Of a DNA stretch of 47,099 bases, positions 1-8,112 are shown one piece after another. Position 1 is the stretch's first letter; each line of letters begins with the position of its first letter. The position numbers and the translations under genes were made by a program. The notes beneath the pieces are model-generated. The model had not been told where the DNA came from and searched no databases. It worked only from the letters and a program-made list of their open reading frames with translations. The stretch covers positions 1-47,099 of the forward strand of contig JAKAMI010000004.1 in the NCBI GenBank assembly GCA_021812945.1, in the 5' to 3' direction. Origin of the DNA: a bacterium. Lineage in GTDB: Bacteria; Patescibacteriota; UBA1384; XYA2-FULL-43-10; JAKAMI01.

Positions 1-299
1 GCTCCCGGGATGACTACTCCGTAGGTGGTAGCACCACCAATTCTATCTTTCATGGACACCTCTTTCCTAGGAGGTCATCTTAGCATTTTAGACGACCAAG
101 TGTCCACGATGTATCTGGACCTACACAGGTTTGATCACTAAGAAAACCACCAGATACATTTTTCCCTTGGAAAAAGAACCCTGTGTGTCGAGACAAGAAC
201 CCAGAATTTTAGATAAACGTCAAAATTTCTCCCGTTCAATAAAACTTGTATAAGTAGAGTCTTTTTGGTAAAACATGGATAAATAATCAAGGGGTTTAC

Positions 300-917
300 A
301 TGAAAAGTTTACTTATTACTGGCGCCCCTGGGACTGGCAAGACGACCCTGGCTCGACTTCTGTCACAACAACTGCCTGACTACCAGTGTTTGGGTACTGA
401 TATCATTCGTGAAATTGTGAGACTTTATTATCCGAAACTCAAATATCCTTGGTTTCACCTTTCCTCCGTTCAGGGCTATAAATTTGCCCCCAAGGGTTTA
501 GACCCGGTGGTCTGGGGTTATGAGAGCCAATCGAAGTTATTAGCTCCTTGTATTGATGCGATTTTACAAAGATTTGAGAAGGAAAGGGGAAACGTGATTT
601 TGGAAGGGGCGGCCCTCGTTTCAAAATTATCCAGTCAAATTTCAAATGCCAGCTTACAACAAGTTGTGATAAGCGTCCTGGACGAAAAACAACATTTAGA
701 ACAGTTGAGGCGGCAGGGTGAAACCAGATCAGTATATAAAATTGAAAATTTTCCCCAGATTAGGCATTTTCAAGAGTACCTTATTTCTCTAGCAGAACAA
801 AAAAACATCCCGGTTATTGATAACAAAGATCGACACGAGACCGTAAATAAAGTATTAGAACTGATATCTGACAAAACGCCTGACTGTCTGATATCGTTTG
901 GGTCAAAAAAACGGTGA
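300..917 (+). CDS. P-loop kinase, 2-phosphoglycerate kinase-like
   Basis: Walker A GAPGTGKTT, TDIIREIVR, ILEG, and C-terminal NFPQIRHFQEYLISLAEQKNIPVIDN typical of 2-PG kinase-like proteins. Confidence 0.7.
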   Translation: MKSLLITGAPGTGKTTLARLLSQQLPDYQCLGTDIIREIVRLYYPKLKYPWFHLSSVQGYKFAPKGLDPVVWGYESQSKLLAPCIDAILQRFEKERGNVILEGAALVSKLSSQISNASLQQVVISVLDEKQHLEQLRRQGETRSVYKIENFPQIRHFQEYLISLAEQKNIPVIDNKDRHETVNKVLELISDKTPDCLISFGSKKR

Positions 918-918
918 T

Positions 919-1584
919 TCAAGATGTCTTCAACCTGCTAAAAACGGTTAAGTCTACCTGTTTGAGAGAATCGAGGATAATATCGGCTTGGCACAGGTTT
1001 TGCGGCGGAGTGTTGGAGTTTTTGACGGCGATACAGAAACAACCAGCAGCTTTAGCGGAAAGGATACCATTGGTAGCGTCTTCGAGAACCACGCACTCCT
1101 TGGGTTTCAGACCGAGCCGTTTTGCGGCTAAAAGGTAAGGTTCGGGGTGGGGTTTGCCGTTTTTGACATGATCGGATGAAACAATCTCATCAAAATATTT
1201 GTGAAGTTTGAACTTACCTAGAATCGTCTCGATCCAGTGACTGGTTCCTGAGGAGGCGATCGCGACTTTTAGTCCTTTTTTTCTAAAAAACTTGAGTGAT
1301 TTTTTAAGACCGGGCATCAGCTCCAAGCCCTGTTCAACTAGCTCGTAAAGAATCTGATGGCGTTCTTTCCAAGCCTGATCGTAGGACATTTCCAGCGAAA
1401 AAATTTCGATCATTCGGGGTACAATTTCCGAAATTCGTTTGCCAATAAAACTAGAATGGATTTCTTCAGTGAACAAGTCGAAATCTCCACCATGCCGTTC
1501 AACTAAAACCCGCCAGCTTTCCTGGTGAAGCGGTTCAGAGTTGATCATAAGATCATCTAGATCATAAATCGCGGCTTTGATCAT
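919..1584 (-). CDS. HAD-family phosphatase (beta-PGM/CbbY-like)
   Basis: MIKAAIYDLDDLMINSE (motif I), IASS, KPHPEPY, LEDATNGI; start moved to 1584, where ATGA overlaps the stop of the upstream small ORF. Confidence 0.9.
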   Translation of the reverse strand: MIKAAIYDLDDLMINSEPLHQESWRVLVERHGGDFDLFTEEIHSSFIGKRISEIVPRMIEIFSLEMSYDQAWKERHQILYELVEQGLELMPGLKKSLKFFRKKGLKVAIASSGTSHWIETILGKFKLHKYFDEIVSSDHVKNGKPHPEPYLLAAKRLGLKPKECVVLEDATNGILSAKAAGCFCIAVKNSNTPPQNLCQADIILDSLKQVDLTVFSRLKTS

Positions 1585-1736
1585 TCGACCTTGGAATTTT
1601 CGATCAGTTTTTTGATACTCTCGGGCATTTCGCGGCAGGCGCAGTTTTTGGCATGAGTGACATGCCATTTTATGCGCTCATCAATACTCGGATTTTTGGG
1701 CATCCTATTTTTCAAATGCCAGTCTTTGTTGATCAT
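1581..1736 (-). CDS. 51-aa small His/Cys protein (MINKDWHLKNRMPKNPSIDERIKWHVTHAKNCACREMPESIKKLIENSKVE)
   Basis: Manually translated; stop overlaps the HAD start (ATGA); WH..H..C.CR pattern; absent from the ORF track. Confidence 0.7.
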   Translation of the reverse strand: MINKDWHLKNRMPKNPSIDERIKWHVTHAKNCACREMPESIKKLIENSKVE

Positions 1737-1791
1737 AATTTCTGCTTGTCAAAATGTTTGTTTGGCCATATCATCCTTGTACTATCTGGTT

Positions 1792-2004
1792 TTATCGAAA
1801 ATCACTCTCTTTGAGACCAGACTGAAGTAGAATAGATTGAAATGTGCCGTGAGGGATTTCCTTTTTGCTCATTTTAATAATCACTGTTCGCACCACTTTT
1901 CCGGTTTTTCGAAATTTACCATGCGAGCCCCTCTGGGAAACAAAAAAGAAGCCCTTATCTGTAAGGACTTTGATGACCAGTCTAAGCTGGATAGGTTTAG
2001 GCAT
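1792..2004 (-). CDS. hicA: HicA-family mRNA interferase toxin
   Basis: GFFFVSQRGSHGKF motif and EIPHGTFQSILLQSGL C-terminus. Confidence 0.88.
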   Translation of the reverse strand: MPKPIQLRLVIKVLTDKGFFFVSQRGSHGKFRKTGKVVRTVIIKMSKKEIPHGTFQSILLQSGLKESDFR

Positions 2005-2218
2005 GTTTGAAAACAAGTGGAACGATATCCAACCTTTCCACCTTTGTTATTTTGGAAACGGGTGTATCTTCAAAATACAACTCCAGGGCTTCCAAAAGGC
2101 ATGCTATCGCTTCATCTTTTGTACTGCCAAAACTAGATATTCCGGTGTTCAGATTCCATGATATATAGCTTTTGCCGTCTTTCCAAACCACGTTTTTTAG
2201 ATCGATTTTACGCATCAT
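1997..2218 (-). CDS. hicB: HicB-family antitoxin (short, no DNA-binding domain)
   Basis: ISSFGSTKDEAIACLLEALELYFED motif; overlaps hicA. Confidence 0.85.
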   Translation of the reverse strand: MMRKIDLKNVVWKDGKSYISWNLNTGISSFGSTKDEAIACLLEALELYFEDTPVSKITKVERLDIVPLVFKHA

Positions 2219-2442
2219 TTATCCATCTTTTGACTTCCTTGATCTTATCATATAGATTAGGATCAAATTAGTCAAATCAATAAATTTCTAACGGGCTAAA
2301 ATATAACTTTTTCTTTGGCTTTGATCATAATTCCTGCTTGACTTTATAACGACCTCATTATAGCACAGCCGGTCCGGATCTGAAGATTGCAAGTAATTCG
2401 AAGGGTAGACATGAACCGGTAAATTCTGGTAAACTTAGACTC

Positions 2443-2913
2443 ATGGATTCCATTATCGTATATAGTGCCAAATATTTACTATTTCTCTCGCTTGTAGTTG
2501 CCGGCATTGCTTTTTTGTATACCGACAGGACTACGAAAATAAAAACTATCTGGCTCGGTCTGATAGCCTCGCCGATAGCCCTTATCATTACCGAAATATT
2601 CGGAAGATTGGTCTATGATCCCAGACCGTTTGTTGTCGACAATATCCAACCGCTTTTCGAACATGCCGCCGACAACGGATTTCCTTCCGACCACGCGCTC
2701 GCAGCCGCGCTTGTGGCTTTCGTGGTGTTTTCGTTCAATAAAAAAGTCGGTTTTGTTCTGATAGTATTCACTATTTTGATCGGAGTAGCGAGAATCCTGG
2801 CTCGGGTCCATCATCTGCTCGACATCGTCGGAGGCATATCGATTGCGCTGGTTTCGGTAGTGTCGGCATACTATATCTTAAAAGCCTACTATCCGGCGAG
2901 ACGTTCGAGTTAA
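2443..2913 (+). CDS. PAP2-family phosphatase (BcrC-like undecaprenyl-diphosphatase)
   Basis: PRPF, GFPSDHA and ARILARVHHLLDIVGG motifs; hydrophobic helices. Confidence 0.88.
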   Translation: MDSIIVYSAKYLLFLSLVVAGIAFLYTDRTTKIKTIWLGLIASPIALIITEIFGRLVYDPRPFVVDNIQPLFEHAADNGFPSDHALAAALVAFVVFSFNKKVGFVLIVFTILIGVARILARVHHLLDIVGGISIALVSVVSAYYILKAYYPARRSS

Positions 2914-2944
2914 AAATCTCGGATTGACGGCAGGCGACAGTGGT

Positions 2945-3265
2945 TTACTTCTTTTCTTCTTTCAATTGCGGTTTGCAGACCATGGCTCCGCCCCGAACCG
3001 GACAGATGAGATGGCAGGAACAATCGCCAAGGCAGTTTTCGGGATGAACGGCAACCGATACTTTTTTACCATTTCGCTCTTGCAGTTCATAACAGTGACC
3101 GGTACAAACCTTTAGGCACATCCCGCAACCGGTGCATTTTTCCGGATCGACGTATTCCAAAAACGTCGGAATCCACGCCTTACCATTTTTTCGAACATTT
3201 GTCGTCCAACTCTGTCCCGTATCTAAATGATCTCCCAGAATTGAACAGCACTCTTTTTCAGTCAT
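2945..3265 (-). CDS. 2x[4Fe-4S] ferredoxin
   Basis: CTGCGMCLKVC and CLGDCSCHLICP; AGGAG RBS before ATG 3265. Confidence 0.88.
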   Translation of the reverse strand: MTEKECCSILGDHLDTGQSWTTNVRKNGKAWIPTFLEYVDPEKCTGCGMCLKVCTGHCYELQERNGKKVSVAVHPENCLGDCSCHLICPVRGGAMVCKPQLKEEKK

Positions 3266-3303
3266 AATTTTTCTCCTTTTAGTTAGATTCAATTGTCTAC
3301 GAC

Positions 3304-4002
3304 CTAGTTAAATTTTCTCAAAATTTCTTCCACGGAGGCGTCGGCGAAGATTTTCATAGTATCAAATATTTTGAGAGTGGGGTGTTTGGGGATTAGAAGC
3401 TGTAAGTCGGTGCAGGCGAGAACCACACAGTCAACATTTTTATTCTCAAAATCGTTAATAATACGGATCAACTCTTCCCGATCGTGGTTGTTTTGTCGTC
3501 CGTTGACCAGATTCAAAATAAACTTTCCCATTTTGGCTTGTTCGAAATCGTTGGGTTTTTCAAACTCGAGACCATTTTTTTCGAAGGCGTTTTCATAGAG
3601 TTTGTTCTCGATGGTTGCGGAAGTCGAAACGATGCCGACCTTTTTTAAATTATTTTTCTTCAGAAACTTAACCGTTTCCTCGACGATACTTAAAACCGGG
3701 ACGGAAACGGCATTTCTAATCTCGTCTATGAAGACATGCAAAGAGTTGCACGGCATGACGATGAAGTCGGCTCCGGCTTTTTCCAATCTCTCGGCTTCTG
3801 CGACTAAGTAGGGAATATATCTCTTTGAACCGACATTTTTAGTTATCAGATCTTCCTCAATCCGGTAGGGCAGCGGCACGCTGGCGATGATGACGCCGGG
3901 TCTGGCGATTTTGGATCTTTTTTGGCACGAAAAAACCAGGTCGAGGTAAAACTCCGACGTGGTTTCCGGTCCAAGACCTCCGATGATGCCGATAGTTTTC
4001 AT
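3304..4002 (-). CDS. Aspartate/glutamate racemase family protein
   Basis: MKTIGIIGGLGPE start; catalytic Cys motifs PCNSLH and LACTDL; the ORF-track extension to 4464 runs through a tRNA and is spurious. Confidence 0.9.
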   Translation of the reverse strand: MKTIGIIGGLGPETTSEFYLDLVFSCQKRSKIARPGVIIASVPLPYRIEEDLITKNVGSKRYIPYLVAEAERLEKAGADFIVMPCNSLHVFIDEIRNAVSVPVLSIVEETVKFLKKNNLKKVGIVSTSATIENKLYENAFEKNGLEFEKPNDFEQAKMGKFILNLVNGRQNNHDREELIRIINDFENKNVDCVVLACTDLQLLIPKHPTLKIFDTMKIFADASVEEILRKFN

Positions 4003-4050
4003 TTTAAATTGGTTAAAATCTTTTCTATATCTTCTACATCGTCGAGATGC

Positions 4051-4139
4051 TGGCGGAAGGAGAGGGATTCGAACCCTCGATACCTTGCGGTATACACGCT
4101 TTCCAAGCGTGCGCACTAGACCAACTATGCGATCCTTCC
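4051..4139 (-). tRNA. tRNA-Ser(GGA)
   Basis: Acceptor stem GGAAGGA/TCCTTCC-GCCA; anticodon arm CACGC-TTGGAAA-GCGTG; long variable arm; GGTTCGAATCC T-loop. Confidence 0.96.
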
Positions 4140-4194
4140 GTGACTTTAATTTAGCAGAAAGAGGCTGATTTTTAAAGACCGAAATCAAGAATGT

Positions 4195-4430
4195 AAGAAA
4201 AGAAAGAGCCTGTGGCACACGAAGTCCACAGGCTTGCGAGTCGGCTGCCGGCCGGGTACATCCCGATTTGTCGGCTAACCGTACGGCTAGTGGAGGACAC
4301 TCAGGGGAGGACGTCAACCAGCGCAGTCGCCATTCCGGCGGTATACCGGACGGGGTCAAACCGGTATCTGCGAGGCTACTCGGGAAGATGTCGCATCTCT
4401 TCCTTTTCGCGATTGACGCGCCTACCCTTA
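4195..4430 (-). ncRNA. Candidate structured non-coding RNA (unassigned)
   Basis: TTGACT-17-TATTAC promoter (4464-4436), several GC-rich stems, hairpin plus U-tract terminator at 4234-4195, no credible ORF. Confidence 0.4.
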
Positions 4431-4520
4431 CCGCAGTAATACCAATACCGCTAAGAGAAGTCAACGGGGTGGAAAATAGCTCCTGTTTACAAGCGGGCTG
4501 GTTATGTTATGTTTAAAACT

Positions 4521-6302
4521 ATGAACGATGAAGTTGAGGAGATCAAGCGCAAGATCGACATCGTGGAGTTTATCGGCTCCTATGTCACCTTGAAAAAAGC
4601 CGGAACCAATTACAAAGGTCTCTGTCCTTTTCACAACGAAAAAACACCGTCGATGATGGTCTCGCCGGAGAAGCAGATTTTCAAGTGCTTTGGTTGCTCG
4701 GAGGGTGGCGACGTATTTTCTTTCTTAATGAAAATAGAGGCGCTGGGTTTTGGCGATGCTCTAAAAACCCTGGCGGTCAAAGCCGGCGTAACCCTGAAAC
4801 CCAGGTATTTCGAAAAGCTTACTTCGGGGGAGCAGCCGGGGCAAAAAAGCCGACTTTTAGAGTTAAATGAACTGGCGGGCAGAGTTTATCACAAAGTCTT
4901 GGTTGATCACCCCAAAGCGGTTAAAGCCCGTGAGTACCTAGATGGGAGAGGTATCACTCAAAAAACTATCGAGGAGTTCAACTTTGGCTATGCGCCAGAC
5001 TCCTGGGACTTTCTGATCCGTTTCTGCGAGAAGCACGGCTACACCGAAAAGGAGCTCATACTCTCGGGTTTGGCCGTTCGCAAGAATCAGATCGAGAATA
5101 GCTCAAACAACCGCCAAAGTTACGATCGTTTCCGCGGTCGGATAATGTTCCCGATTTGCAACATCCTCGGCTCCACTGTCGCTTTTACCGGACGAGACTT
5201 GGTGGACAGGGAAAACTCTCCCAAATATTTGAATTCTTCGGAGTCGCCGATCTACCACAAAAGTCTGATTATCTACGGTTTGGACAAGGCCAAGATCGAG
5301 ATCAAAAAGACCGACCGAGTTATTATTGTCGAAGGACAGATGGATGTAGTCGCTTGCCACCAAGCGGGTTTTAGAAATGTCGTTGCCACTTCTGGCACCT
5401 CGTTGACCAAAGAGATGTTGGAAACTCTGAGTCGATACACCTTCAACATTTACTTCTGCTTCGATAGCGATAATGCCGGCCAGCTGGCTCTAAAGCGGGC
5501 CATTGGTCTGGCAGGGGAACTGGATCTCGGGACTAAGGTTGTCACTCTTCCTAAAGAATTCAAGGATCCGGACGAAGCCATTCAAAAAGATCCGAAAAAC
5601 TGGCCGGAGGCGGTGGAGAGAGCCAAGCCCGGGCTTGAGCATCTCGTAGACATTTACACCTCCAACCTGAACGATATTAACGATAAGCGAGCGGCGCAGA
5701 AAGAGTTGCTGCCGCTGATAAAAATTCTAAAGAGTGAGACGGAAAAGGAGTACTATATTAAGTATTTAGCCAAGAAGTTACTGGTCACCGAACAAACGTT
5801 AATAGAGGAGATGAGGCGACTTAAAGTCCAAGAGTCCAAAAGTCCGGAAGTCCAAAAGGAAGAAGAAACCGGAAGTGAATTATCGGATCAGGAAAAGCTG
5901 TTGGCGGTGTTGTTGGAGAAGCCGGCAGTACTGAAAGATCAACTTGGAAAAGCTGTTCAGTTACTGCGGCCGATGGGGGAGTTTGAGCGATTGATCATCA
6001 AAATAAAGCAGCTTGATCCGGTCGATGAAAAAACTGTTAGCGATATTTTAAAACAAACGGTCAAGAAAGACCGCCTCAAAGAGATTTGGCTGGGGTTAAT
6101 GTCGGAGTTGGACGATCCCGAGGCAGGAATTAACGACCTAGCCGAGGATCTACTAAAAGGACTAAAAAAGGCGAGTCTGGAGGACAGAAAAAACATCATT
6201 TTGAAACAAATCTCCGAAGCCGACTCAAAGGGCGACAAGAAGCTTTGCCTCAAATTGCTAAAGGAGCTCAATTCTGTTATAATCAACGGTAGTAAGGAGT
6301 AG
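4521..6302 (+). CDS. dnaG: DNA primase
   Basis: CHC2 zinc finger CPFHNEKTPS...CFGC, DRFRGRIMFPI, KYLNS, TOPRIM EGQMDV and FDSDNAG. Confidence 0.97.
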   Translation: MNDEVEEIKRKIDIVEFIGSYVTLKKAGTNYKGLCPFHNEKTPSMMVSPEKQIFKCFGCSEGGDVFSFLMKIEALGFGDALKTLAVKAGVTLKPRYFEKLTSGEQPGQKSRLLELNELAGRVYHKVLVDHPKAVKAREYLDGRGITQKTIEEFNFGYAPDSWDFLIRFCEKHGYTEKELILSGLAVRKNQIENSSNNRQSYDRFRGRIMFPICNILGSTVAFTGRDLVDRENSPKYLNSSESPIYHKSLIIYGLDKAKIEIKKTDRVIIVEGQMDVVACHQAGFRNVVATSGTSLTKEMLETLSRYTFNIYFCFDSDNAGQLALKRAIGLAGELDLGTKVVTLPKEFKDPDEAIQKDPKNWPEAVERAKPGLEHLVDIYTSNLNDINDKRAAQKELLPLIKILKSETEKEYYIKYLAKKLLVTEQTLIEEMRRLKVQESKSPEVQKEEETGSELSDQEKLLAVLLEKPAVLKDQLGKAVQLLRPMGEFERLIIKIKQLDPVDEKTVSDILKQTVKKDRLKEIWLGLMSELDDPEAGINDLAEDLLKGLKKASLEDRKNIILKQISEADSKGDKKLCLKLLKELNSVIINGSKE

Positions 6303-6435
6303 ACTCTCGCGGATCTCATGGACGAACATTTTAAAGTTTAGCAAACTTGTGAGTGATAACAGTCTTTTTAGATCAGCAAAGACTGTCATCATCAGCTGAG
6401 ATGATTTGTGTATTAATTACATTGTTATAAAAAAA

Positions 6436-7581
6436 ATGGCGAAGAAAGCAATCTATTTAAATAAAGAAGAAGAACTACCGTTTCCGCCGCAGGTGGTGGA
6501 GCTTTTGCATCGCGGGCGCGATCACGGCTTTATTTCTCTCAAGGAGCTAGTCCAAGCGTATCCGGAGGCCGAAGACCAGCTCAAAGAGGTCGATGCGGTT
6601 TTTGATTACCTGCTGGAGAAAGGCGTCGATATCATGGATGCGCCGGGCGGGAATCTGTTCGAGAAAGTGCGTCAGGAGACGGCGGACATCATCGCCGCCG
6701 GCGATGAGATCCGGCCGGAGGACTTGGAGATCAAGGAATCGGACATTGTCGAGGTTTCCGACGACTCGGTGCGGATGTATCTGCGGGAGATCGGCCGGAT
6801 ACCGCTTTTAACCACCGAGGAAGAGATCAAACTAGCCAAGCGAATGGAAGCCGGCGACAAACTGGCCAAAAAACGGTTGGCTGAAGCCAACCTGCGTTTG
6901 GTGGTTTCCATTGCCAAGAAATACATCGGCCGCGGCCTTTCCCTATTGGATTTAATTCAAGAAGGCAACACCGGACTGATGCGGGCGGTGGAAAAGTTTG
7001 ATTACAAAAAAGGCTATAAATTTTCAACCTATGCCACCTGGTGGATTCGCCAGGCGATCACTCGGGCCATCGCCGACCAGGCCAGAACCATCCGGATTCC
7101 GGTGCATATGATTGAGATCATCAACAAACTGATCCGGGTGCAAAGACAGCTGGTGCAGGAGCTGGGACGCGAACCTAAGCCGGAGGAGATCGCCGATGTT
7201 TTGGGTATCGATGTTCAAAAAGTCGAACATATTATCAAAATATCTCAGGAAACAGTCTCGCTGGAGGCGCCGGTAGGGGAGGAGGAAGATTCCAAGCTCG
7301 GGGACTTTATCGAGGACGACAAGAATCTCTCGCCGGAGGAGTCGGCTATCAGTCAATTACTCAAAGGGCATATTGACGAATTTCTAGGTTATCTCTCCCC
7401 TCGCGAACAAAAGATCCTGAAAATGCGTTTCGGCTTGGCCGGCGAGCGTACTCACACCCTCGAAGAAGTCGGTCAGGAGTTCGGCGTGACCCGAGAACGT
7501 ATCCGCCAGATCGAAGCCAAGGCCCTCCAGAAACTCAAAAAACACGAGCGCTCAACGGAGCTGGAAGACTACCTTAAATAA
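6436..7581 (+). CDS. rpoD: RNA polymerase primary sigma factor
   Basis: [52 protein letters not shown]. Confidence 0.98.
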   Translation: MAKKAIYLNKEEELPFPPQVVELLHRGRDHGFISLKELVQAYPEAEDQLKEVDAVFDYLLEKGVDIMDAPGGNLFEKVRQETADIIAAGDEIRPEDLEIKESDIVEVSDDSVRMYLREIGRIPLLTTEEEIKLAKRMEAGDKLAKKRLAEANLRLVVSIAKKYIGRGLSLLDLIQEGNTGLMRAVEKFDYKKGYKFSTYATWWIRQAITRAIADQARTIRIPVHMIEIINKLIRVQRQLVQELGREPKPEEIADVLGIDVQKVEHIIKISQETVSLEAPVGEEEDSKLGDFIEDDKNLSPEESAISQLLKGHIDEFLGYLSPREQKILKMRFGLAGERTHTLEEVGQEFGVTRERIRQIEAKALQKLKKHERSTELEDYLK

Positions 7582-7620
7582 ATTACAAAGTCCAAAATCC
7601 AAATTTCAAAACGTATAAAT

Positions 7621-7654
7621 CTAAAATCACCCGAAAATACGCGGGTGATTTTAG
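7621..7654. terminator. Hairpin terminator between convergent genes
   Basis: CTAAAATCACCCG...CGGGTGATTTTAG inverted repeat after rpoD. Confidence 0.7.
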
Positions 7655-7696
7655 TTAAGCAAACTAGAAAATCGTTGATATTGCCAGAACAATTTG

Positions 7697-8074
7697 TCAC
7701 GAAGCCAGCTTGAGATGCTTTTCGATAGTTTTGATTTTGGCTTCCAAGCGGTCTTGCCGGACGACACCGAAATATCTTTCTTGATCTAATTTTTGTAAGA
7801 TGCCGGTTTGTTTTTCCAGAATATCATGCACCCAAACGTTGTCTTTTCCGAGTTTATTCAAGCGTTTTTCTATTTCTTCAAACCGACCATCAACCCGAGT
7901 GAACTCGCCCGATATCTCTTTTCGAAACCCCATAAACTCGTCCGACACCTCTTTTCGAAAATCCGTGAACTCGCCGGATACTTCTTTTCGGAATCTAATA
8001 AATTCGTCGGCAACCATTTGCCGAAAATCGTTAATTATTTCAACAATTTCTTCATTTTCAATTTTTTTCTTCAT
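7697..8074 (-). CDS. Coiled-coil protein with 11-aa repeats
   Basis: EFxxFRKEVSG repeats encoded by 33-nt tandem units at about 7901-8010. Confidence 0.75.
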   Translation of the reverse strand: MKKKIENEEIVEIINDFRQMVADEFIRFRKEVSGEFTDFRKEVSDEFMGFRKEISGEFTRVDGRFEEIEKRLNKLGKDNVWVHDILEKQTGILQKLDQERYFGVVRQDRLEAKIKTIEKHLKLAS

Positions 8075-8112
8075 GTTTTTTTAATTCTACTCCCGGTAAA
8101 AATAATGTCAAA

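Noticed and set aside
1585-1668. N-terminal extension of the HAD ORF
   Set aside because: It overlaps a better small ORF in another frame; HAD motif I starts right after ATG 1584
4290-4320. RNase P RNA (GGGGAGGACGTC resembles GAGGAAAGTC)
   Set aside because: Weak match, no 3' P4 partner, and the promoter and terminator point the other way
4003-4464. 154-aa N-terminal extension of the racemase in the ORF track
   Set aside because: It runs through tRNA-Ser and a terminator; the family N-terminus begins at 4002
6340-6400. Hammerhead ribozyme (CTGATGA plus stem on the minus strand)
   Set aside because: No GAAA follows stem II, so the catalytic core is incomplete
7901-8010. CRISPR array
   Set aside because: The 33-nt units are contiguous, degenerate at codon third positions and coding; there are no spacers or cas genes
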